NCBI RefSeq assembly: GCF_006345805.1
Contig: NC_043001.1
Span: 21,638,001-21,702,000 of the forward strand
Origin: Octopus sinensis
Lineage: Eukaryota
Length of the DNA: 64,000 nucleotides
Direction of reading: 5' to 3'
Shown here: in pieces, positions 1 through 10,250 of the stretch
Layout: every line of letters starts with the position of its first letter
Position numbering within the stretch: position 1 is the stretch's first letter
Translations under genes and position numbers: made by a program
The notes under the pieces: model-generated
What the model saw: only the letters and a program-made list of their open reading frames with translations
Told to the model about the DNA's origin: nothing
The model's database searches: none

Positions 1-298
1 AAAGGGAGAATTGGAGGTGAAGGATATAAGAATGAGCGATGAATTCGTGGAAAATATGGATGAGTATTTCGGAGTAAGAATGGATATGGAATTTATTCGT
101 ATTGGCAAGAACATTCAAGTGACGATGAAAAACAAAGGACAGGTAAGTGATGCTAACGGATGGGGCCGTTGGTATCGCTTTCATACTATCATTTTCTTTC
201 ACTTAACAATTCATTTTTCATAAATTTTAATTATAATGTTCTATGTCCCCATGTGTTTGGTGTCGCCCTCTGTGTCGCCCCTAGTGGGTAATAAAGAA
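1..298 (+). mobile_element. 3' part of an ORF1/Gag-only retroelement unit (array continues beyond the window start)
   Basis: Near-identical to ~3710-4006; ends in tail ...cccctagtgggtaataaagaa, followed by the 20-bp spacer at 299-318. Confidence 0.85.
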
Positions 299-318
299 TC
301 ACCACATCTGAACCATTT

Positions 319-1280
319 GGCTGCTGTGATCAGCGGCCACGAGAAGGAAGTGGATATTCTCCATGCCTCGGTTAAGTCCGAGGGCTGGAGAGGCGTAACA
401 GTGGAGCTGAACGTACAGGCAGAGAACGAGGTACTGGTGGACCTGGCGGAAAGCATCAGATTGGGAGACGTGATCATGAGAGTGTGGGTGGAGGGCAGAG
501 CTCCACGTTGTTACAAGTGTGGCCTGAGGGGTCACATAAGAGCCTTCTGCCCTCCCCCAGGGAAAGAAATGGATTCCGAACCACACAGAGAGAAGCAGAA
601 ACCAGAAGAGAAGGAGACAGTAGAAGAGGAAGAAAATACACAGAAATGGAAGGAAGCTGGAAATAAGAGGAAGAGAAGAATACGAGGAAAAGAAAATAAC
701 ATGGAACACCAATCTACCCCAAAACCACCCACACCCTCTGAGTCCCACCCTATTCCTGCAGACAGTGAACCCACCCGCTCCCCCCCAACAAGAAAACAAA
801 GGAAAAAAAATAATACACACAGACAAGAGATTGAATTCGATATCAGGCCGTACATTTGTACTATGACTGAACAGAAAGAAGTTAAAAGTCTAATGGAAGA
901 GTATAAATGGTATGAAGTTGGTGAGACTAGGTATGCTGTGATTGAAAAGAAGAACATAGGTGAGTTTATGGTGAGGTGTGAAAGGGAGAATTGGGAGGTG
1001 AAGGATATAAGAATGAGCGATGAATTCGTGGAAAATATGGATGAGTATTTCGGAGTAAGAATGGATATGGAATTTATTCGTATTGGCAAAGAACATTCAA
1101 GTGACGATGAAAAACAAAGGACAGGTAAGTGATGCTAACGGATGGGGCCGTTGTATCGCTTTCATACTATCATTTTCTTTCACTTAACAATTCATTTTTC
1201 ATAAATTTTAATTATAATGTTCTATGTCCCCATGTGTTTTGGTGTCGCCCTCTGTGTCGCCCCTAGTGGGTAATAAAGAA
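319..1280 (+). mobile_element. 5'-truncated ORF1/Gag-only unit with CCHC knuckle and intact C-terminus
   Basis: ORF 236..1132 contains CYKCGLRGHIRAFC and runs to ...QRTGK*. The unit starts at the position equivalent to ~3064 of the long copy; period 982 bp. Confidence 0.85.
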
Positions 1281-1300
1281 TCACCACATCTGAACCATTT

Positions 1301-2265
1301 GGCTGCTGTGATCAGCGGCCACGAGGAGGAAGTGGATATTCTCCATGCCTCGGTTAAGTCCGAGGGCTGGAGAGGCGTAACAGTGGAGCTGAACGTACAG
1401 GCAGAGAACGAGGTACTGGTGGACCTGGCGGAAAGCATCAGATTGGAGACGTGATCATGAGAGTGTGGGTGGAGGGCAGAGCTCCACGTTGTTACAAGTG
1501 TGGCCTGAGGGGTCACATAAGAGCCTTCTGCCCTCCCCCAGGGAAAGAAATGGATTCCGAACCACACAGAGAGAAGCAGAAACCAGAAGAGAAGGAGACA
1601 GTAGAAGAGGAAGAAAATACACAGAAATGGAAGAAGCTGGAAATAAGAGGAAGAGAAGAATACGAGGAAAAGAAAATAACATGGAACACCAATCTACCCC
1701 AAAACCACCCACACCCTCTGAGTCCCACCCTATTCCTGCAGACAGTGAACCCACCCGCTCCCCCCCCCCCCAACAAGAAAACAAAAGAAAAAAAATAATA
1801 CACACACACAAGAGATTGAATTCGATATCAGGCCGTACATTTGTACTATGACTGAACAGAAGAAGTTAAAAGTCTAATGGAAGAGTATAAATGGTATGAA
1901 GTTGGTGAGACTAGGTATGCTGTGATTGAAAAGAAGAACATAGATGAGTTTATGGTGAGGTGTGAAAGGGAGAATTGGGAGGTGAAGGATATAAGAATGA
2001 GCGATGAATTCGTGGAAAATATGGATGAGTATTTCGGAGTAAGAATGGATATGGAATTTATTCGTATTGGCAAAGAACATTCAAGTGACGATGAAAAACA
2101 AAGGACAGGTAAGTGATGCTAACGGATGGGGCCGTTGGTATCGCTTTCATACTATCATTTTCTTTCACTTAACAATTCATTTTTCATAAATTTTAATTAT
2201 AATGTTCTATGTCCCCATGTGTTTTGGTGTCCCCCTCTGTGTCGCCCCTAGTGGGTAATAAAGAA
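1301..2265 (+). mobile_element. Second 5'-truncated ORF1/Gag-only unit (frameshifted)
   Basis: Same truncation point (ggctgctgtgatc) as the unit at 319; several 1-nt indels split the ORF; period 985 bp. Confidence 0.85.
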
Positions 2266-2285
2266 TCACCAAATCTGAACCATTT

Positions 2286-4006
2286 GGTCGGTCGTGTTTT
2301 TTTACGCTCGTAAAATTCGGCAAAAAAGAACAAAAAGCGTTGTTGTTGTTGTGGAAATTCTGAACGGCGTTGATGCGGTTTCGCGTTTCGCTCGTTCTGC
2401 GCGCTACACTTTTTTCTGTTTTGGCGGCCGTTTTCGGTCTGTCAGACAGAAGGAAATGGACTATGAGTCTCTAACAGACTTGTCCACGACAGATGAGGAA
2501 CTGGAACAGGCAATTACAATGAAGCTGATGGAAGAAAAGGCTGGAGTTTTCGAGTCTTTATCAGACTTGTCTACGTCTGAGAAGGAGCTAGAAATGGCAG
2601 CGAGGAAATTGGACGAGAAGCTGGGTTATACCTATGCCGGTGTAACCAAGAAGGCGGAAGAGAAAGGGGTCGACTTGGCCAAGCTACCAAGTTACCAGAA
2701 ATACATGAAAAAGGAAAGCGGTGAGGTGGAACTAGCACCGACACCCGGGAGAAAAGAATGGTATGATAAGAGGACCATTATTTACAGGGTGTTCGCAAAC
2801 GAAAGGAAGAGGGTAGAAGTTGTAACCATGGAGTGGATAGAGGAAGCCCTGAGAAGATCGGAGGAGGAAATTAATTTTCTGACTCGAGGATCCAAGTATG
2901 GTACCGTAGTTGTGCGTTTTAAAAGTGAGACTGCAGCGAGGAAGATGGCGGCGAAGGCGGTGAAGTCAGAAAAGGTAACACTTCTACCTACGTATTTGAA
3001 TAGAAGGATTACACGTGTGAGGATGGAGGGAGTGCCCCCAAACGTGGAGGCAGAGTGGATTGTGGCGGCTGTGATCAGCGGCCACGAGGAGGAAGTGGAT
3101 ATTCTCCATGCCTCGGTTAAGTCCGAGGGCTGGAGAGGCGTAACAGTGGAGCTGAACGTGCAGGCGGAGAACGAGGTACTGGTGGACCTGGCGGAAAGCA
3201 TCAGATTGGGAGACGTGATCATGAGAGTGTGGGTGGAGGGCAGAGCTCCACGTTGTTACAAGTGTGGCCTGAGGGGTCACATAAGAGCCTTCTGCCCTCC
3301 CCCAGGGAAAGAAATGGATTCCGAACCACACAGAGAGAAGGAGACAGTAGAAGTGGAAGAGAATACACAGAAATGGAAGGAAGTTGGAAATAAGAGGAAG
3401 AGAAGAATACGAGGAAAAGAAAATAACATGGAACACCAATCTACCCCAAAACCACCCACACCCTCTGAGTCCCACCCTATCCCTGCAAACAGTGAACCCA
3501 CCCGCTCCCCCCCAACAAGAAAACAAAAGAAAAAAAATAATACACACACACAAGAGATTGAATTCGATATCAGGCCGTACATTTGTACTATGACTGAACA
3601 GAAGAAGTTAAAAGTCTAATGGAGAGTATAAATGGTATGAAGTTGGTGAGACTAGGTATGCTGTGATTGGAAAGAAGAACATAGATGAGTTTATGGTGAG
3701 GTGTGAAAGGGAGAATTGGGAGGTGAAAGATATAAGAATGAACGATGAATTCGTGGAAAATATGGATGAGTATTTCGGAGTAAGAATGGATATGGAATTT
3801 ATTCGTATTGGCAAAGAACATTCAAGTGACGATGAAAAACAAAGGACAGGTAAGTGATGCTGACGGATGGGGCCGTTGGTATCGCTTTCATATTATCATT
3901 TTCTTTCACTTAACAATTCATTTTTCATAAATTTTAATTATAATGTTCTATGTCCCCATGTCTTTTGGTGTCCCCATCTGTGTCGCCCCTAGTGGGTAAT
4001 AAAGAA
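2286..4006 (+). mobile_element. Apparently full-length (1721 bp) ORF1-only non-autonomous non-LTR element (HAL1/HeT-A-like architecture)
   Basis: Flanked by 20-bp direct repeats tcaccaaatctgaaccattt (2266-2285) and tcaccaaatatgaaccattt (4007-4026). ~170-bp 5'UTR, one ORF, ~150-bp 3'UTR ending AATAAAGAA; no room for RT or endonuclease. Confidence 0.8.
2456..3857 (+). CDS. ORF1/Gag-like nucleic-acid-binding protein with a single CX2CX4HX4C zinc knuckle; 1-nt frameshifts near 3600-3625
   Basis: ATG at 2456 (MDYESLTDLST...). Duplicated acidic N-terminal motif, knuckle CYKCGLRGHIRAFC, basic KRKRR segment. The C-terminus can be restored from the intact frame in the 319-1280 copy. Confidence 0.75.
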
Positions 4007-4496
4007 TCACCAAATATGAACCATTTTGTTGCACAATACATCTCCATCTTTCCTTTAACTTAAAAATACCCTCTTCCCAGAATTGAGGTGGTTTCATGGC
4101 AAAGAATTCATCAAGGTCTCTTTTTATGTCATCCAAGGAATTGAAATTTTTACCATTAAGACTATTCTGCAGAGACCTGAATTAGTGGAAATCTGAAGGA
4201 GCAATATCTGGTGAATATGGAGGGTGGGATAACATATTCCAGCCGAGCTGCAGCAATTTTTGTCTGGTTCCCAAAGCATCAAGTGCTGAAAATGAACTTT
4301 CTCATCTTCCATGTTAAAGGGTTATAGAATTAACACAGGTTATAGGAACATAAACCTTCTTCCACGAAAAGATAGCTTAAACTGTGCTCTAAATGGAGGT
4401 GTAGTCAAATCCTATTTTATGGACTCAACCATGTTCTAAAATAAGTCGAAATGTAAGCTACCATAAATTGGCACGAACTTTCCGGACATCCCAATA
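4007..4496 (-). mobile_element. Internally deleted mariner transposon, interrupted by the ORF1-element array
   Basis: Minus strand reads MEDEKVHFQHLMLW fused to ...LSHPPYSPDIAPSDF...WEEGIFKLKERWRCIVQQNGSYLV (mariner YSPDLAPxD motif and C-terminus). TIR-like tattgggatgtccggaaagttcgtgc with terminal TA at ~4471-4496. Confidence 0.85.
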
Positions 4497-4996
4497 GTTT
4501 CCCACAAGAGCAATCATTGAGAACTAATGAAGCCAATTTAATCAACTGTAGGGCTTAACTAGTGTTTCATTTAAGCTGGAGTAATATAAGACAAAGCTAA
4601 TGTTGTGGGATTCAGTGTGCGATCGTAAGTGAGTATAACTAAATGTTTCAAGGTTATGTCCGCCGTACGACAGATTATGCCACGCATGCCTTAAATATTA
4701 CCTTTCGTTTTATCGGGGTCGATAAATTAAGTACCAGTGAAACACTGAGGTCGATCTAATCGATTAGTCCCCTCCCCCAAAAGATCAGGCCTTGTTTCTT
4801 AAGTAGAAAGGATTATTAATTTCGCCATTTGCATCTGTTAGAAATCTTCAATAAGATCAGAAGTGCGTCAAATCAAAAATATCTCTCAATTATTTGTACC
4901 ACAGCGTCACTCATTAATAGTAGTAATAATAATAATAATAATAATAATAATGATAATAATAATAATAATAATAATATTAATAATATTAATAATAAT

Positions 4997-5270
4997 AAAA
5001 TGGCAGAAATTCAAAAGATAGTGCTCATGGGAACTGCTTATATCCTACGCAAAATACTTTCTATGTAATCACAAGTTTTAAAACGAACAATTTTCGTAGA
5101 ATTTTTTAGGCATTCACTAGTACAACACTAAGTACAAAACCGAATATATGGCACCCTAGGCATAACACCAACATGAACTTCCAACTTGTTGTCTCTTGAG
5201 GTCTCTGGGTGAGACTTGGAGCCAACTTGTACAAATGTAAAGCAAAAGTCAAACAGAATAATAATAATAG
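4997..5270 (+). mobile_element. 3' end of an R4/Dong-like (RLE) non-LTR retrotransposon in (TAA)n
   Basis: MAEIQKIVLMGTAYILRKILSM* resembles the R4/Dong C-terminus; (AAT)n on both sides fits Dong microsatellite targeting. Confidence 0.7.
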
Positions 5271-5281
5271 ATAATAATAAA

Positions 5282-5552
5282 TGCCCTGATGCAGAACCAG
5301 ACAGTGGCTCTCATGGCTTCTGATCTTAACTGATTAGAAGTGTTATCATGTACATTCTTTTGTCTTGGTATAAAAGATGGGCTACAGCAAATATTCTGCT
5401 CAATACCACAAATTTGCTTGTCAGTTGTTTGACCTTAACCAGTTGAGCATGTCCCTTAGTGGCTGGCGATATGTGCATCTCTGATCTCGAGCAAAAGTCG
5501 TGGGGAAACATCATAGCCATGTGTTGGGAGGGATTTTTTGCGGCTTGAATAA
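5282..5552. repeat. Dispersed non-coding repeat (family E), 5' part
   Basis: Highly similar to 21410-21640; starts right after (AAT)n. Confidence 0.75.
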
Positions 5553-5690
5553 TTTCCGTCTACCAAATCCACTCACAAGGCCCGAGGCTATAGTAGAAGA
5601 CACTTGCCCAAGGTGCCAGACAGTGCGACTGAACCCGGGACCATGTAGTTGGTAAGCAAGCTACTTACCACACAGCCACTCCTGCGCCTA
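5553..5690 (-). mobile_element. SINE family B head fragment
   Basis: Matches the head of 40939-41585 (aggcgcaggagtggctgtgtggtaag...ccttgggcaagtgtctt). Confidence 0.8.
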
Positions 5691-5909
5691 TTATTATTAT
5701 TATTATTATTATTATATTATTATTATTATTATTATTAAAAACGGGCAAAAACGGACAAAATGCTTCACGGCATTTCGTCCGTCTTTACGTTCTGAGTTCA
5801 AATTCCACCGAAGTCGACTCTGCTTTTCATTCTTTCGGGGTCGATATATTAAGTACTAGTTGAATACTGGGGGATCGATGTAACTGACTTAAAGTTAAAG
5901 TTACTTTCT

Positions 5910-6147
5910 TCAGTCATACCGATTCATAAGGGCCAGTCTCCCGGTTTCATGGTGAATATATCCTCCACCTGGACGGGACGCCAGTCCGTCACAGCGTTAC
6001 TCACTTTGGCCAGCTGAGTGGACTGAAGCAACGTCAAATGAAGCTTTTTGCTCAAGAACGCAACGCGTCGCCCGGTCCAGGAATCGAAACTGCAATCTTA
6101 CGATCATGAGTCCAACACCCTAACCACTAAGCCAAGCGCCTTCACAA
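5910..6147 (-). mobile_element. tRNA-derived SINE nested in an older family-A copy
   Basis: Minus strand shows A-box tggcttagtgg and B-box gtttcgattcc; family-A-like sequence lies on both sides (5740-5890, 6148-6210). Confidence 0.65.
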
Positions 6148-6349
6148 TATAATCGATTTACCCACTCCCATAAAATTTCAGACTTGAAAATTTATTAGAA
6201 CGGATTATTATAATGATTAGTCAACAATTTAACCATTGTTTCACTTATCATCTTGTCAATCAGCTAGACTTGTCAAACTCTTTTTGTCGTTATCAATGAC
6301 GTACCTTTTGTATTATTGGTCTGCGCCGCTGGGAATGGTATTGAGAAAA

Positions 6350-6764
6350 GGCGGTGAGCTGGCAGAATCGTTAGCACACCGGGCGAAATGCGTAGCCGTA
6401 TTTCGTCTGCCGCTACGTTCTGAGTTCAAATTCCGCCGAGGTCGACTTTGCCTTTCATCCTTTCGGGGTCGATAAATTAAGTAACAGTTATGCACTGGGG
6501 TCGATGTAATCGACTTAATCCCTTTGTCCGTCCTTGTTTGTCCCCTATGTGTTTAGCCCCTTGTGGGTAGTTAAGAAATAGGTATTTCGTCTGCCGCTAC
6601 GTTCTGAGTTCAAATTCCGCCGAGGTCGACTTTGCCTTTCATCTTTTCGGGGTCGATAAATTAAGTAACAGTTACGCACTGGGGTCGATATAATCGACTT
6701 AATCCGTTTGTCTGTCCTTGTTTGTCCCCTATATGTTTAGCCCCTTGTGGGTAGTAAAGAAACA
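6350..6764 (+). mobile_element. tRNA-SINE family A, dimeric
   Basis: Head agctggcagaatcgttag...gagttcaaattcc, central gcctttcatcctttcggggtcgataaa (resembles the conserved MetaSINE-type core), body repeated from 6581; direct repeat ggtattga at 6337 and 6765. Confidence 0.85.
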
Positions 6765-7106
6765 GGTATTGATGAAATGTTTTTGTTTTGTTATTTTTTG
6801 TTTATTTGTTGTTGTTTTTTTTCCATTGAAGATTTTAAAAGGGGAAATAACACCTGGTTGAAGACTACATACTACATAAAGTTTTCTAAATATTAGTAAC
6901 TACGTCACCACTTTTTTTATCTTGATCCCCCCGCCACTATTCCCTCTGCTACTCTCTAAATTATAGTAGGCTTAACAAGGTATGTATTATTTTCTAAACT
7001 CATTCTGCCACAGTTATAGCAAAAGGGAACAATGTACATATTTTGGTTTCCATTATTGATGTAAATTTGTTAAAAAATGGTTTATCCTTTACGTTTGAAG
7101 TCTATG

Positions 7107-7196
7107 CGTTCACCTGACGAGAACGGCTTCTTTTAAATTGATGTAATGTTTTCATTAATCAATTAAATGAAGCCGCTTGAAACGGCCGTAATGAAA
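7107..7196 (+). ncRNA. Type I hammerhead ribozyme motif (Penelope-like)
   Basis: CTGACGA 7114-7120; stem II gaacggcttc/gaagccgctt; GAAAC 7179-7183; palindromic stem III acggccgt; GTA 7188-7190; imperfect stem I ttcac/atgaa. Confidence 0.6.
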
Positions 7197-7491
7197 TGAC
7201 ACCTGTACATCTTTGTTGCTTATTTATATTCTGTTCACCTAACTTGGAAATTGCCCTTCGGAAATACTATAGAAAGTACCTTTATAAAAAATACATATCT
7301 GAATTACCAAGAACGGACATATTCACTTAGCTGGGTTGCGTTGTCTACACATACGACAGGAATATTGGGAACAAATACCCCTACACGGAGTCTTGATATT
7401 CAATATTCAAATAATATTGTTGGGGTGTGCAGATTATACCGAACTAGTAAGGTGCCTCAATATAAGTACCTAATTCAACTGAATCTTAATT

Positions 7492-7522
<31 letters not shown>

Positions 7523-7575
7523 AACAAACAAACAAACAAACAAACAAACAAACACTCACACATACACATACATAT

Positions 7576-7744
7576 TAGCCACTACACACATTTTTTTCTC
7601 TTGTTTTTTCTGTGTCCCTTTCTGTAGAAGAGCGTAGGCTCGAAACGTAAAAGACTTTTTCTATTCCTGAGCGTTATACTAATACATCTGTTTGTTTTGT
7701 ACACCACCTGTCTTCGTCTTATGTTTTTTTTCGTAAACTCTCCC

Positions 7745-7748
<4 letters not shown>
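7576..7748 (+). mobile_element. Short dispersed element carrying a variant hammerhead (CTGTAGA core)
   Basis: cttt-CTGTAGA-a-gagc(gtag)gctc-GAAAC-GTA-aaag; homologous copies at 47112-47296 (+) and ~62040-62215 (-). Confidence 0.65.
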
Positions 7749-7798
<50 letters not shown>

Positions 7799-7847
7799 TA
7801 TATTATATGACCGAACACATGCGCTATTTCTCTTCTCCAAGTAAGTT

Positions 7848-7906
<59 letters not shown>

Positions 7907-8783
7907 AGTACTACGGTTGATTCGTTCGAGTAAAATTCTTGCAGGCGCTGCCCCACCATGGCCACAGTCTGATGACTGGAAAAGTAAAAGATAATTAGAT
8001 AGATAGATAGATAGATAGATTTACGACGGCATCTAAACAGTTTCTGTGTATCAGATTCACTCGCCAAGTATTGATCAATCCGTGGTTATAGTAGAGGACA
8101 TTTACCCAAGGTGATGCACTGTGGGACAGAACCCGAAACCATATGGTTGCAAAGTGAGCTTTTTCACCAAGTAGGTGTATCGTTCTATATTTTTCCGTCC
8201 AATGTAAATAATGTACAACTAGGTGCATATTTTACTCCAGATATCGACTCCAAAAAATCTGAACCTACGTTTTCTAAGCCTCTAATTGTACAGTTACAAT
8301 AGAGAAATACTGCCTACGAATCTTTGCTTTAATTACTTCGCTTTTGTCACTGTCAGATATTTTAAGAATGACAACCTCGGAAACGCAAGTAAATTACACT
8401 AAGTTAACCGATAACAATATAGAAAATTGAAGCTAGAATCGTATGAAATGCATCTCGCTATCCACGACCTAATATTTTGAATCACTTTCAATGTGATACA
8501 AGAGCAGAATTTTTTTTTCCGGGCACTAGTTTCTTTATTTTAAAAATCCATCAAAGCTTTGTAAAAAAAGAGGCCTTTTTCCTTCCTATCGTAATAGCAC
8601 AAGACTCAACAACCTTAATAACCTTAATAAATTCAACCATCTTAATAAACGTATTATTTCTTGATTTTGAAAAATTACATTAACGAAACGGTGATGTCTA
8701 AGTATTGCGTTCTTACACAGAACGCCGGGCAAAATGCCCAGCCGCATTTCGTCGGTCTTTACATTCTGAGTTCAAATTCCACC

Positions 8784-9078
8784 TAGTGGTTAGGGCAGCG
8801 AACTCGCGGTCGGAGGATCGCGGTTTCGATTCCCAGACCGAGCGTTGTGTGTGTTTATTGGGCGAAAACACCTAAAGTTCCACGAGGCTCCGGCAGGGGA
8901 TGGTGGCGGTCCCTGCTGTACTCTTTCGCCACAACTTTCTCTCACTCTTTCTTCTGTTGGCCTGCTCGCTTAGCCAGCGGGGTGGCGTCATTTGAAGGCT
9001 AAAACAATGCGAAGCGCATTGTGACCAGCGATGTGTAGCAACATCTGATAGCCTGGTCGGTCACGGTGGTCACGGTGG
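8784..9078 (+). mobile_element. tRNA-SINE family C with RTE-type tail
   Basis: Head matches 27945-28125; tail gtgaccagcgatgt...ctggtcggtcacggtggtcacggtg resembles the RTE 3' end at 47755-47813. Confidence 0.8.
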
Positions 9079-9664
9079 GAAGGAACTAAAACCCCTTGTG
9101 ACTAATGTACTATTGAAGTTTTCGTTCAACGTCTTTAATAAATATTAATAAACAACTAACAGTAAGTTATACAGTAGTACTTGTAATTCAAAATGGCCAG
9201 CCTTGTCACATTCTGTGTCACGCTGAATCGCCCTGAGATCTGTGATAAGAGAACACGTGTCAGTGGAGTGCTCGGCATGATTCCCTGACTCTGTTAAAAT
9301 TAGGAATGTTCAAGGGAACTTTTAATCACCGAGATCCTTTTCTATCACCTTTCCTCTCTTACACTTAACCTAGTGTCAGTCAAATGGAAATGAGATCCGA
9401 TCACAATTTAATGCTGTATAATGTAAATTTTATTTAAGGTTTAAAATACATGTTGCACTCATGCTGGGAGAGTTTTATGACTCGCTGTATCCATCATTTT
9501 TGCTTCTTTTTTTGTTTTTATCTTTTTGTTTTGTTTTGTTTTCCTAAATACCTCGGTATTTCTAACTGAGCTATAAGGAATGTCGTTTCGTGGATAAGAT
9601 AGTTCGCTGCTATCCTATTTTGAATCTTCACTCTGCTTCATACTGATCAACAATTTTGCTCTCC

Positions 9665-10096
9665 GGATCTTTTCGGTTTGAACGGCAGTTTTTAACATAA
9701 TTTCTAGGTAACTAAAAAATTTTTAATTTCGTATACTGGTAGAATGTGTTTATGAAACATCTTTTTCTCTTGGCTTTATTGAGAAAATTCTATAGTTTGT
9801 AAGATATTTGTTGTTTTTTTCTTCAATTTCTGCAATTTCAACCAATCAATGACGTCCATTGAGGTAAAAAAACATTTTGTGCTGTATGAATATGTCCCTC
9901 GTTTAAGAAACAGATTGAGTTTATTTACATTTGTGAAGAAAAAAAGATACCCTTCACCCATCCCTAACCCTAACCCTAACTAACCCTAACCCTAAAACAG
10001 ATTGAAATGCAATAGATCGATACTAGGGTCATAATTATGGGTGACAATTTCATATGACACCGCTAGAAAAAACTGCCGTTCAAACCGAAAAGATCC
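9665..10096. mobile_element. MITE with ~28-bp TIR, 8-bp TSD and internal CCCTAA repeats
   Basis: TIR ggatcttttcggtttgaacggcagtttt; TSD tgctctcc at 9657-9664 and 10097-10104. Confidence 0.9.
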
Positions 10097-10191
10097 TGCT
10101 CTCCTTCAGCTCAAGCTGAATTTCAGTTAAAATTACTCAATACATCCACTTTCTGTTTACTTCTATTCAAACTGCACCTCTCCCTCTCTCC

Positions 10192-10250
<59 letters not shown>

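Noticed and set aside
236-320. N-terminus MFYVPMCLVSP... of ORF 236..1132 as a real protein start
   Set aside because: It is read through the previous unit's 3'UTR and the spacer, a chance in-frame fusion; the equivalent frame is broken in the next unit.
1-4026. LTR retrotransposon, CRISPR-like array or telomeric HeT-A-type array
   Set aside because: No TG..CA LTRs, PBS or pol; the long units are the conserved part rather than unique spacers; the array sits inside a mariner, with no sign of a chromosome end.
9960-9996. True telomere or chromosome-fusion scar
   Set aside because: Only a few CCCTAA units, always at the same position inside a TSD-flanked MITE.
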